A DNA stretch of 64,000 nucleotides from Bacteroidales bacterium (lineage in GTDB: Bacteria; Bacteroidota; Bacteroidia; Bacteroidales; JAAYJT01), in contig JAAYJT010000031.1 of assembly GCA_012522795.1 (NCBI GenBank), positions 9,398 to 73,397 on the forward strand, read 5' to 3'. Below, in pieces: positions 9,987 through 19,770 of this stretch; position 1 is the first letter of the stretch; every line of letters begins with the position of its first letter. Below the pieces are notes generated by a model. That model saw only the letters and a list, made by a program, of their open reading frames with translations. It was not told where the DNA came from and did not search any database. Position numbers and translations under genes: made by a program.

Positions 9987-12911
9987 TCAATATCCAAATA
10001 TTTCTTCAAGTGTCAGAAATTCCACTTCACCATATTGTCGCAGGGTATTCATATCAAGCTGATCTTTATTACCCAGAACCAGGACATGATAGTTTTTATT
10101 TTTCAGATATTTTTCCTGAAAGGCTTTCAGATCATCAAAATTCATTTTTTGTACACCTGCAAATACATCCTCACGTATATCGTAATCATAACCAAGTTTC
10201 CGGGCTCTTTCATAGCTGAACAATATGCTGGATTTCGTAATTCTTTCGGTTCTGATCTTTTCTTCAATAGCCTCACGTGCAGTATTAAAACTGCGTTCTG
10301 ATTCCGGCATGTTGTTTAACAAACCAAGCATTCCGCTCATTGCTTCCGGAAGTTTATCGTTCTGAGTTCCTATGAAAGAGGTAATATAATGTGAACGATC
10401 GGGGCGAGAAGGAATTGAATATGTTGCATAAGCGCTATAGGCAAGTCCTTTGGCTTCGCGAAGTTCCTGAAAAACAACTGATGACATCCCTCTGCCGAAG
10501 TATTCATTGAAAAGATTGATCGAAGGTGTATTGTCTTTTCTATATCCGTCAGATTTTGATAACATTACAATTTCCACCTGCTTCATATCGTAATCCACTA
10601 CAAAAACCTTGTTGGTGTTAGTTTCCAGTTCCTTAAACTGCTTTTCAGCAGGTATGGGTTTAAATTTCTTAGGAACGCGATGCAGTTTGGTAAGGATTTG
10701 AGCCAGCGCATTCTGATTCAAAGTACCATAATATAATACCCGGTGTTCGTAACTATTCAGATCCCTGATTATATCAACAAGTTCACCGGCTTTAAGACTA
10801 TTGAGTTCATCTTTGCTGAGTATGTTACGGAATGGTGAATCTAATCCATACACGCCATAATTATAAAGTGCACCCCACAAAATAGATGATTTTGAAAGTT
10901 TTCTATCGTTACGCTGTTTCAGCACATCGGCTATAAGATTTTGTAATGCTTCTTCGTTAGGCTGCGCATCAGCAAGCAAATGTTCAAACAATTCAAGTCC
11001 CTGGGCAAAATTGCCTGTTAAGCCAGTAAGAGAAACGTAGACCTGATCGTCGCTTGCAGAAATATTAAACGAACAGCCAAGTTTATAAAACTCCATCTGA
11101 ATTTCGGAAGGACTATATTTTGAAGTTCCCAGATATCGTAGATAATTTAATGCTAAGCCAAGGCGTCTATCGTTATTATTGCCCTTATCGGCAATGTAAT
11201 AAAGGTTGAAAATATCATTTTCCACATTCTGGATATAATAAACAGGTACTTTTTTATCAAGCATGAATTGATGAACGTCCTTGTCGTATTTAAGGAAAAC
11301 AGGCTCAATATCAAGAACTTGTGTATCAAGAATTTTTTTAACAAAATCTGACTGTGCCACCCTGTTAACTTCAATTGGTGTGATTGAAGGCTTTTCAACC
11401 TTTGCAACTGAATTATCAACACCTGTACGCTTATAAACAATTACGTAATTATCACCATAATTTTCCCTTGCAAATCTTACGATATCATCTTTTGTTATCC
11501 TTGAGAGCCTTTCAAGCCGGTTAGCCACAAAATCATAAGGCATGTTCATAATAAAAGAATTAAGCATAGTGCTTACCCTTGACGAATTACTTTCAAACGA
11601 CCTTAGTTCTCTCATTTTTAAATCGTTAATAATGGCACTGACCATCCAGTCAGGAAACTCTCCTCTTTTTACAAGCTCAATCTGTTCCAGAATCAGTTTT
11701 CCAACTTCCTCCAATGATTGCCCTGATTTTGGAGAACCTGAAAAAATATGAGATGAATAATCCTGTTTTATATATGGAAAACAACTTGCTGACAACACTT
11801 TCTGTGCCTGCACAAGATTCAGGTCAATAAGCCCCGCCGAGCGATTATTAAGTATCATATTTAAAATGCTAAGTAAATCTGCATCCTGACTTTGATAGCC
11901 TTTCAGTCTGAAGCCTATACGCAGATTCTCAGCATCCGGTCCAAACACTTCCCTGATCAAAGGAGACGTTGTCGGCTTTTCTACAGGAACATCAAAAGGC
12001 ATTATTTTACGTGGTTTAAGAGTACCGAATTTTTCATCAATAAGCCGTATAGCTACATCAGGGTCAAACTCACCTGAAAGGGCAACAGCCATATTATTTG
12101 GCACATATCTGCTATCATAATATTCTTTCAGGCTTTTAAGTGAAGGATTTTTCAGGTGTTCCTGCGAACCCAGTGTAGTTTGTGTTCCATAGGTATGTGT
12201 AGGATAGAGACCTTGCATCAGAGCCTCCATCACTTTACGGCCATCGTTGTCGAGGCTCATGTTCTTTTCTTCATAAACGGTTTCAAGTTCGGTATGAAAA
12301 AGCCGGAAAACAGGATTACTAAAGCGTTCAGCTTCAATAATGAGCCAGCGTTCAAGCTGGTTTGAAGGAATATCGTTAATATAAACTGTTTGTTCAACGC
12401 TGGTATAAGCATTTGTACCTTTTGCTCCCAACGCCGCCATCATTACATCATATTCATTAGCAATAGCATACCGTGAGGCAATATTCGAAATACTGTCAAT
12501 AACCCTGTAAACAGCCTTGCGCTCCTCAGTATCGGTTAACGAACGGTAAACCTCAAAAAGACTGTCAATTTTATTCAGATAAATACTCTCTTCTTTATAA
12601 TTGATGGTTCCGTAATTTTTAGTTCCCTTAAACATCATGTGTTCCAGATAATGACTAAGTCCTGTATTGTCAGAAGGGTCATTTTTACTGCCGGTTCGAA
12701 CAGCTACAGCAGTATAAATACGCGGAGCATCCCGGTAAACGCTCAAAAACACCGTAAGTCCGTTATCAAGAGTATAAATCCTTGCCTGTAATGGGTCGTT
12801 GGGAACGGTTTTATACTCGTATTTCTTTTGTGAAAAAGCAGGCAAAGCAGCAATCAGAACACAAAACAGTGCAAACCGGAATAAAATTTTTGAAACAATC
12901 TTTTTAGTCAT
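9987..12911 (-). CDS. M16-family (insulinase-like) zinc protease, secreted
   Basis: signal peptide ending AFS-Q; intact HYLEH (HxxEH) motif, NAYTS, ELREAKGLAYS. Confidence 0.92.
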   Translation of the reverse strand: MTKKIVSKILFRFALFCVLIAALPAFSQKKYEYKTVPNDPLQARIYTLDNGLTVFLSVYRDAPRIYTAVAVRTGSKNDPSDNTGLSHYLEHMMFKGTKNYGTINYKEESIYLNKIDSLFEVYRSLTDTEERKAVYRVIDSISNIASRYAIANEYDVMMAALGAKGTNAYTSVEQTVYINDIPSNQLERWLIIEAERFSNPVFRLFHTELETVYEEKNMSLDNDGRKVMEALMQGLYPTHTYGTQTTLGSQEHLKNPSLKSLKEYYDSRYVPNNMAVALSGEFDPDVAIRLIDEKFGTLKPRKIMPFDVPVEKPTTSPLIREVFGPDAENLRIGFRLKGYQSQDADLLSILNMILNNRSAGLIDLNLVQAQKVLSASCFPYIKQDYSSHIFSGSPKSGQSLEEVGKLILEQIELVKRGEFPDWMVSAIINDLKMRELRSFESNSSRVSTMLNSFIMNMPYDFVANRLERLSRITKDDIVRFARENYGDNYVIVYKRTGVDNSVAKVEKPSITPIEVNRVAQSDFVKKILDTQVLDIEPVFLKYDKDVHQFMLDKKVPVYYIQNVENDIFNLYYIADKGNNNDRRLGLALNYLRYLGTSKYSPSEIQMEFYKLGCSFNISASDDQVYVSLTGLTGNFAQGLELFEHLLADAQPNEEALQNLIADVLKQRNDRKLSKSSILWGALYNYGVYGLDSPFRNILSKDELNSLKAGELVDIIRDLNSYEHRVLYYGTLNQNALAQILTKLHRVPKKFKPIPAEKQFKELETNTNKVFVVDYDMKQVEIVMLSKSDGYRKDNTPSINLFNEYFGRGMSSVVFQELREAKGLAYSAYATYSIPSRPDRSHYITSFIGTQNDKLPEAMSGMLGLLNNMPESERSFNTAREAIEEKIRTERITKSSILFSYERARKLGYDYDIREDVFAGVQKMNFDDLKAFQEKYLKNKNYHVLVLGNKDQLDMNTLRQYGEVEFLTLEEIFGY

Positions 12912-13064
12912 GACTTAATTATTTGATTATAAGTTAATAGTAAGTTGATAATTTATAAATTGACTTTTAGTCAATAGCCTTTAGCTGCCAGTTATTCATC
13001 CCGAATAAGAAGTTTGAATATTATGTATGGTAAGACATATACCCATATTTAAGAAGCCAGTTGG

Positions 13065-13072
13065 CAAATGTA
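13065..13072 (-). promoter_or_regulatory. sigmaA -7 element TACATTTG for the M16 peptidase (about 150-nt leader)
   Basis: TAnnTTTG consensus followed by CC. Confidence 0.5.
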
Positions 13073-13452
13073 ATACTATTTCAGTTGGTTTTCTCATAAG
13101 CTTTAATCTTTCAAACCAAATCATTGAAAACATTTATGCTGAATAAATATGATAGTCCGGAAGAAACCAGCCCTGTAGATTTTAAACCATGCATCAATAA
13201 AAATTCAATAAGAAATTTAAAAACTATATATGATTCAGCTTATCAGGCTAAATCCCTCCAATTCAACCATTTTCAACTAATGAGTTTTTGATGTTAAAAT
13301 AAGTTTGGCTCTGTAACTAAGATAAAAGGCTCGAAATAAAAAAAACGCTACCACCTGCTGAAATATAAATATTCCGATCTTTGTTTGCTTAAAAACATTG
13401 ATGAATTTCTGTCAAAGAAAAGGATTGCAAAAAAAATTGAACTACTTTAGCT

Positions 13453-14508
13453 ATGAAAATAACAGTAATGAACAGCAAAAATAGTATGGCATTAAGATTA
13501 AACGGCTTTCTGAAAAATTATTACTGTAGATTAACAGTTAAAACAAAGCCTTTGCTGTTGATACTGATTTTTCTGACTGCCGGCTGTAACAAACCTTTTC
13601 CTGCCGAAAAAGCTCGTAAATATATTAAAGCTGCTGACCATGAGATCATACGGGTTGGGCAGAGAATTGAGGATTCTGATGCGTTCAGGGCTATCACTCA
13701 GTTATATAATATTAAAACAGCACCATTGCCCGGCAAATTACTATATATACCTGAATCAAACACTTATATCATGTTTGAAATGAATAAACATTCAGGATAT
13801 TATATACAAAACACTAATGGCGAGATAGAATTTCAGCGGCAATCGGATTCGCTTATAATTGATTTTAAACCTGATGGCAAACCACAAACCAAAACACGCT
13901 TTATCTTAAGTAAATATGAAGAAAGCGTAACTGCAACAGGCGATATAATGCCTATAAAAGCCGAAGCATTAATTTATTCAAAAGGTAAAACAATATTTGA
14001 TCTTAATTTAAATACCTCAATAAAATATGGGTTTCCTGAAAACATCTCGCTTGAAATATTCGCTTTCCCATTTTCTATTGATTTTAAATCAAATATAAAA
14101 TTCAGGAAACACGTTTCCCATCTTAATTCTAACGCTTCAATCAAAGAAGGAGAAAAACAACTCCTTTGCGCTAATATATTTACAAGGGTAGGCTTATCAG
14201 AGTATAACACACTTATTTTTGGGAAGAAAAAAATTAAATTAAGCGTATACCCTTTAAAGCTAAATATGGTTTCTGACTATCCATTTATTAATATGCCCGT
14301 AGAAACATTTACTTATGATTTTAACCAAATGAGCAAAATGAGAATTACAGATTATAAAGGAAACAGTATGGCGCATCTTTCGTTAAAAGATCATCCTGAA
14401 CGGGACTACCTTAATATTAATGTTCAGTATAATGATGGGTCAACTGATGAACTTGAAGATATAATGCTCAGTATTAAATATTTATTGAAATTTAAAATCA
14501 GGCACTAG
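13453..14508 (+). CDS. hypothetical lipoprotein (basic), distant paralog of 15422..16555; start uncertain
   Basis: 351-aa ORF, lipobox LTAGC, collinear motif similarity to 15422..16555. Confidence 0.7.
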   Translation: MKITVMNSKNSMALRLNGFLKNYYCRLTVKTKPLLLILIFLTAGCNKPFPAEKARKYIKAADHEIIRVGQRIEDSDAFRAITQLYNIKTAPLPGKLLYIPESNTYIMFEMNKHSGYYIQNTNGEIEFQRQSDSLIIDFKPDGKPQTKTRFILSKYEESVTATGDIMPIKAEALIYSKGKTIFDLNLNTSIKYGFPENISLEIFAFPFSIDFKSNIKFRKHVSHLNSNASIKEGEKQLLCANIFTRVGLSEYNTLIFGKKKIKLSVYPLKLNMVSDYPFINMPVETFTYDFNQMSKMRITDYKGNSMAHLSLKDHPERDYLNINVQYNDGSTDELEDIMLSIKYLLKFKIRH

Positions 14509-14517
14509 CAAACAATC

Positions 14518-15291
14518 TCAGAATCTTGCTCTACCAATAAAATCTCCTCCAATACTATCAAAAACAGGACTTGCAATTAAATCGTTGGGATAAACCATGT
14601 ATCGACCGTTGGGGTCAAGATCTATACCAGTATATTTTAAAACAGCCTGCCAAACCAAAAGTGAACAATACCAATGAGTATTATCTGACCAGTCTTTACG
14701 CAAACCATTATTTACCAGCTCATTGGCATATAAGTGTCCTTCAAATCGTTTAGCAGCATTCCATGCGGAAGCCTTACCTTTCTGACTACGTGTAAATTCA
14801 ATTATTGAATCAATTGTTGATTGTGGCAGGTTCAAACGCAACCGATATCTATTCCCTGAATATCTGTTATCGAAATTTTGGTTCCTGAAAGCAAGAACCC
14901 TGCTATTAGCCAGAGCTTTTATTTCTCTTATTTGATATGCGACAGGAACATCTTTGGCAATGGACTCAATTATAGTAGTGTTGGCCAAAAGACTATCCGG
15001 ATTATCATGGTTGTAATAACTTATGACAATAGCTGCATGACCAAAGCCTGAACCGCCCGGCACAATGGCTGAACCCGGCAGAAAGTTCAGGTTAGGACGA
15101 ACCAGAATATCCCCGGGCCTTAACTCATTGACTCCTTCGGCACAATTATCTATTACACTTTTTTTATCTGAAAGATCAAACAATTCAGGATGTTTTTCGT
15201 TACAGAAAGTAAATATTGCAATAATTAGCAGAAAATATGCTAATGGATATTTAAAAAGCATTGCTCTGAAAATTGTATAGAAAGGCTTCAA
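14518..15291 (-). CDS. permuted papain-like NlpC/P60 amidase (YiiX/YaeF-like), probable lipoprotein (start possibly ATG 15261)
   Basis: LRPGDILV...FGHAAIV (His) precedes WYCSLLVWQA (Cys), then GIDL...VYPNDL; signal ending IFTFC. Confidence 0.8.
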   Translation of the reverse strand: MKPFYTIFRAMLFKYPLAYFLLIIAIFTFCNEKHPELFDLSDKKSVIDNCAEGVNELRPGDILVRPNLNFLPGSAIVPGGSGFGHAAIVISYYNHDNPDSLLANTTIIESIAKDVPVAYQIREIKALANSRVLAFRNQNFDNRYSGNRYRLRLNLPQSTIDSIIEFTRSQKGKASAWNAAKRFEGHLYANELVNNGLRKDWSDNTHWYCSLLVWQAVLKYTGIDLDPNGRYMVYPNDLIASPVFDSIGGDFIGRARF

Positions 15292-15347
15292 AACTATAAA
15301 TAATAATTACACCGGAATAAAAGTTAACTGTTAATAATTTTATATTG

Positions 15348-15378
15348 TTTGGAAATTTATCAAATAGTCATACCTTTG
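15348..15378 (+). promoter_or_regulatory. sigmaA promoter TTTG-N19-TACCTTTG for the 15422 lipoprotein
   Basis: full Bacteroidota consensus with 19-nt spacer. Confidence 0.75.
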
Positions 15379-15421
15379 CATTATAGAAACTCAATTATTT
15401 ATTAATAAAAAATTTTAGACT

Positions 15422-16555
15422 ATGAAACAAAAGCTTTTAGCAATTCTTGTTGTAGCGTCTGTACTAGTAATGACTGCGATATCATGCAACAAAAAAGATG
15501 ATGAAATGAAAGCTGAGGATGCTAAAGTAGAAATGAAAAACAGTATCCAGGAAATAAATAATAAGGTATTTGAGCTTTTGGCAGAGCCTTCGGTTCAATC
15601 CTTAGCATTTCTCTCTCAACTCATGGACATTGACATTGTTATAGGGAAATCAGTTATTAACAAAATCAATGATCAGCCGGGTACAATTCACCTTGCAAAG
15701 ATAAAGCAAGCTTTTATGCCACGAAACTCCTTTAAATCAGCCAATGATCTTGACGATCTCAATCTTGGGATTTATGTATATAATTTTGAAATTGAAGACT
15801 TTACTCTTGAGCAGGAGTCTGAAACCGTTTTTAAAGTTACTTACCCTGCTGATGAAACGGCTTTTGGAAACCAGAAAAATAATGCTGAGCTTCTGGTAGA
15901 AAACATTGAACTGGCCATGGTAGTATATACTGAAACCTATTATGATAGCTGGGATAATGAGTGGGTTACAGAAACTTATGAAGAAGAAGTGCCTGTTAAA
16001 TTTGATGCCACTCAAAAAATTGATGGTGTTACTACTGTATCCGGTAGCTACGATGCTGAATTAAACCCTAATGGTTTCCCGACTGGAGCAACAGTAAACT
16101 TCAATGCAGATTCGTACAATGTTACCGGTTCGTTGAATGGCAGCGGGCAATCGTTTAATACCAAGCATACATCAAAAAAAGGAGGTTCAACAATTATGGG
16201 GCATGACATAGACATAAAATATACTTCCGATATGGAAGATATTGAAAAACTGTCAGGCAACTATGTTTTATCTCCTCTTAAAGTAGAAGGTTCAGTGAAA
16301 GTAAAAGCTCTGGATGATCTCATGGACCAGTATGATGAAACCGGTGATTATAATTTAAAGGATCTGAATGCTCAGATAGACCTTGATCTCATACAAACAA
16401 GTAAAGGTCTTAAAATCGGAGGTATTGAGTTTGTTACTATTTCGCATCCTTTTTTTGGTGACATGCCAACATTGGCCATTGTTTATTCTGATGGATCGTT
16501 TGATTTATTAGATGAGTTTTTTGATTTTGATTTAAAATCAAGAAAAAAGTATTAG
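15422..16555 (+). CDS. hypothetical acidic lipoprotein, probably surface-exposed
   Basis: lipobox TAISC followed by NKKDDE, resembling the Bacteroidota lipoprotein export signal; own promoter and terminator. Confidence 0.8.
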   Translation: MKQKLLAILVVASVLVMTAISCNKKDDEMKAEDAKVEMKNSIQEINNKVFELLAEPSVQSLAFLSQLMDIDIVIGKSVINKINDQPGTIHLAKIKQAFMPRNSFKSANDLDDLNLGIYVYNFEIEDFTLEQESETVFKVTYPADETAFGNQKNNAELLVENIELAMVVYTETYYDSWDNEWVTETYEEEVPVKFDATQKIDGVTTVSGSYDAELNPNGFPTGATVNFNADSYNVTGSLNGSGQSFNTKHTSKKGGSTIMGHDIDIKYTSDMEDIEKLSGNYVLSPLKVEGSVKVKALDDLMDQYDETGDYNLKDLNAQIDLDLIQTSKGLKIGGIEFVTISHPFFGDMPTLAIVYSDGSFDLLDEFFDFDLKSRKKY

Positions 16556-16567
16556 CAGATTATTTTC

Positions 16568-16596
16568 AAAAAAACGGCCTTGTGCCGTTTTTTTTT
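16568..16596 (+). terminator. intrinsic (potentially bidirectional) terminator
   Basis: A7-CGGC-cttgt-GCCG-T9. Confidence 0.8.
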
Positions 16597-16711
16597 GCTC
16601 ATAATGTTTGAAAGATTATCATATGAGCAATAAACGAAAACTATTTTTATAATTCATTATGCGAACGCTAAAAATATTTAGTTTTGTTATCTGCATAAGC
16701 AATTTGAATAA

Positions 16712-18019
16712 ATGATCCTTGTTTTTGCTCCAAAATCCACGGCTCGCCTACGTTACACCCTAAACCTGATGCTAAGGGAACTGCTCGGTTTTGACTTTTC
16801 AATCACTACCAATGCTGATGATTTCCAATCGTATGCAGGAGCAAAATTCAGTTATGGAAAACGATTACAGGATAATAATCTGCATTTTGCTTCAACAGAT
16901 TTACTTTTTAAAACTGGAATTCATAATCTGGATTTGCTTAGTAAAGAGTATAATGGCACCAAAGTATTATTTCCGGTTAATGAACGTGATGTAGCACTTC
17001 CCTACGATCCGTTTGCAGCAGTATTTTTTATGGTTTCCCGATACGAAGAGCACTTGCATTACCGAAAAGATAAATTCGGTAGGTTCACAGCAATGGAAAG
17101 TATTGCGTATAAATTTGGCTTCCTGCATAAGCCTGTTGTAAATATATGGACGCTTAAAGTAGGGAAAACGCTTGAGAATCACTTTAATGGATTAAAAATT
17201 AAACCAAGGCATTATCGCTTTTTACCAACTTATGATATTGATCAGGCATGGTCGTATAAAAACAAAGGTTTCCTGCGTGTTACACGCACTCTGGCTAAAT
17301 CAGCGATCAAAGGTGATTTCTCAAATGTTATTGAAAAGATAAGGGTTGTTACCGGCTTTAGAAAAGATCCATTCGACACCTATGAGTATCAGTTATACCT
17401 GCAAATGAAATATCATCTGAAGCCTATTTATTTCTTTCTTTTTGGTAAATACGGTGAGTATGATAAAAATATAGCTACTTCAAATATACATTACCGGAAT
17501 TTGATAAAATATATTGCTGATTATTCGGAAACCGGAATTCATCCATCATACTCATCAAATTCGAGCAAAGAGATACTTGGCAAAGAAATTAAAGAACTAT
17601 CGAAAGTATTGAATCGTGAAATTCATCATAGCCGTCAGCATTATTTAAAACTGCATCTGCCAGATACTTATCGGAATCTTGCAAATTTTGGTATTTCAAA
17701 GGATTATACAATGGGCTTTGCTGCCCTACCGGGATTCAGAGCAGGAATTTGCACACCCTACCAGTTTTACGATATTGATATGGAAACAGTAGTCCCTGTT
17801 ACTGTAACACCTTTTGCTGTTATGGATGGCACACTGAAAGATTATATGAAACTAAGCCCTGGTAAAGCAATTGATACTATTAATGATCTGATTGCAGAAG
17901 TAAAGGCAGTAAACGGAGTTTTTTCGAGTCTGTGGCATAACGAAAGCCTTTCAGAAACTGATAGATGGCTTGGATGGCTGCGGGTATATGAATCGCTGAT
18001 CGAAAATGCAGTACCTTAA
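16712..18019 (+). CDS. polysaccharide deacetylase-like protein (CE4-like fold)
   Basis: PTYDID, GIHPSY, SRQHYLK, DYTMGFA...GFRAGICTPY, MDGTL, SLWHN motifs. Confidence 0.8.
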   Translation: MILVFAPKSTARLRYTLNLMLRELLGFDFSITTNADDFQSYAGAKFSYGKRLQDNNLHFASTDLLFKTGIHNLDLLSKEYNGTKVLFPVNERDVALPYDPFAAVFFMVSRYEEHLHYRKDKFGRFTAMESIAYKFGFLHKPVVNIWTLKVGKTLENHFNGLKIKPRHYRFLPTYDIDQAWSYKNKGFLRVTRTLAKSAIKGDFSNVIEKIRVVTGFRKDPFDTYEYQLYLQMKYHLKPIYFFLFGKYGEYDKNIATSNIHYRNLIKYIADYSETGIHPSYSSNSSKEILGKEIKELSKVLNREIHHSRQHYLKLHLPDTYRNLANFGISKDYTMGFAALPGFRAGICTPYQFYDIDMETVVPVTVTPFAVMDGTLKDYMKLSPGKAIDTINDLIAEVKAVNGVFSSLWHNESLSETDRWLGWLRVYESLIENAVP

Positions 18020-18036
18020 ACTAACTAAGCGGATCT

Positions 18037-18975
18037 ATGATAAGATACCTGATAAATTCTGAAATTGACTACAACAAATGGGATGATTGCATTGAGCGTT
18101 CATATAATGGCAATCTATATGCGTGGTCGTGGTATCTTGATTTGGTTTGTGAAGGCTGGGATGCAATAATCGCAGGAGATTATGAACAAGTCATGCCTGT
18201 TACGGTAGGTAAAAAATATGGCATAAAATATCTGTATCAACCACCATTCACACAACAGCTTGGTATATTTTCAACCACCCCTGAATCTGGTTATTCAAAT
18301 AATGATTTTCTTGAAGTACTTACACATCATTACCGTTTTGCTGAAATAAACCTTAACCGTTACAACAGGATCAACAATAATAATTTCAAAATCAATTTCA
18401 GAAAAAATTATGAACTCGATCTTATTAAACCATACGAACAACTACAAGGCAATTATTCGGAAAACACTAGGCGTAATATTAAAAAAGCCGTTAAAGAAGG
18501 GATAAATATTTCAGAAAATAGCGATCCAAGAAGCATTATTAAAATATTCAGACAGGAAAAAGGACGGGAACTGAGAAAGATGGGTGAGCACCATTACAAA
18601 ATCCTTGAAAAACTTATATACCGCAGTTTATATAAGAATATAGCTACAGTTTCAGGAGCATTCACACACGAGAATATATTATGCGCCGGCGTTTTTATTA
18701 TCAGAAGTCATCACAGGTTGGTATTGATTTTTTCAGCAAATAATTCCATTGCCCGAAATACAGGTTCTATGCATTTATTAATAGATAGCATAATAAAAAA
18801 ATATGCCGGGCAAGCCCTTACACTTGATTTCGAAGGTTCGGAAATAGAAGGATTGGCAAGGTTCTATGCTAGTTTTGGTTCAGCTGAGACCCGCTATCCT
18901 GTACTTCAGTATAATAATCTGCCATTTTTCGTAAAGCTGATAATTGAAGCTATGAAACGAATGGGGCTAAAATAG
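18037..18975 (+). CDS. GNAT/FemAB-like acyltransferase
   Basis: YQPPFTQQLG, YSENTRRNIKKA, LDFEGSEIEGLARFYASFG. Confidence 0.75.
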   Translation: MIRYLINSEIDYNKWDDCIERSYNGNLYAWSWYLDLVCEGWDAIIAGDYEQVMPVTVGKKYGIKYLYQPPFTQQLGIFSTTPESGYSNNDFLEVLTHHYRFAEINLNRYNRINNNNFKINFRKNYELDLIKPYEQLQGNYSENTRRNIKKAVKEGINISENSDPRSIIKIFRQEKGRELRKMGEHHYKILEKLIYRSLYKNIATVSGAFTHENILCAGVFIIRSHHRLVLIFSANNSIARNTGSMHLLIDSIIKKYAGQALTLDFEGSEIEGLARFYASFGSAETRYPVLQYNNLPFFVKLIIEAMKRMGLK

Positions 18976-19027
18976 ATCAAAGCGCAGCTTTTTTTATTAT
19001 TATTCTTTGCTATTCTTCAGCTTTATG

Positions 19028-19035
19028 TATTTTTG
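19028..19035 (+). promoter_or_regulatory. sigmaA -7 element TATTTTTG for upp
   Basis: TAnnTTTG with TTTG at 19006-19009. Confidence 0.55.
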
Positions 19036-19094
19036 TCGAAATATAGCTGTATTACATAACCACATAGAAGGATTACAAAACCTATTATTCCAAC

Positions 19095-19745
19095 ATGCTT
19101 ATCAAAATTTTGGGCAATCAGAACACGATCATTGATCAGTATATTGCCGAGCTAAGAGATGCAAATATTCAGCAAGATAATATGCGTTTCAGACATAACC
19201 TTGAGAGGATAGGTGAACTTTTTGCCTATGAAATAAGCAAAGAGCTGGTTTATGAAACCAAACAGGTACTTACTTCACTTGGTGTTGCTGATGTACCTAT
19301 GCTGAAAAATTATCCTGTGCTGGCAACAATACTAAGGGCAGGTCTGCCTCTTCATCAAGGCTTGCTGAATATTTTTGATAAATCAAGTAATGCTTTTGTT
19401 TCGGCATATCGTCGTTATCATAAGGATGGGAATTTCAATATAAAAGTTGAGTACTCGTCATGTCCGATCATTGAAGACAAAGTGTTGATTTTGTCCGATG
19501 CCATGCTTGCCACAGGCATTTCAATGCATTTGTGTTATAAAGAACTAATAAGCAACGGAACTCCGAGTCATACACATCTTGTTACAGTACTGGCAAGTAC
19601 CGAAGGGGTTGAATATTTAAAGCGAAAATTCAAAAATTCTGCTACTCTTTGGGTTGGTGCAGTTGATTCTGATCTGACAGCCCAGGCTTATATTGTTCCC
19701 GGACTTGGTGATGCAGGTGATCTGGCTTTTGGAGCCAAAGACTAA
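19095..19745 (+). CDS. upp: uracil phosphoribosyltransferase
   Basis: ILRAGL, DAMLATG, YIVPGLGDAGD. Confidence 0.95.
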   Translation: MLIKILGNQNTIIDQYIAELRDANIQQDNMRFRHNLERIGELFAYEISKELVYETKQVLTSLGVADVPMLKNYPVLATILRAGLPLHQGLLNIFDKSSNAFVSAYRRYHKDGNFNIKVEYSSCPIIEDKVLILSDAMLATGISMHLCYKELISNGTPSHTHLVTVLASTEGVEYLKRKFKNSATLWVGAVDSDLTAQAYIVPGLGDAGDLAFGAKD

Positions 19746-19770
19746 AACATTTATTTAAATTCGGGCATCA

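Noticed and set aside
16595-16630. Second inverted repeat TTGCTCATA/TATGAGCAA after the terminator
   Set aside because: AT-rich 9-bp arms, no tail and no other copy; insufficient evidence of function
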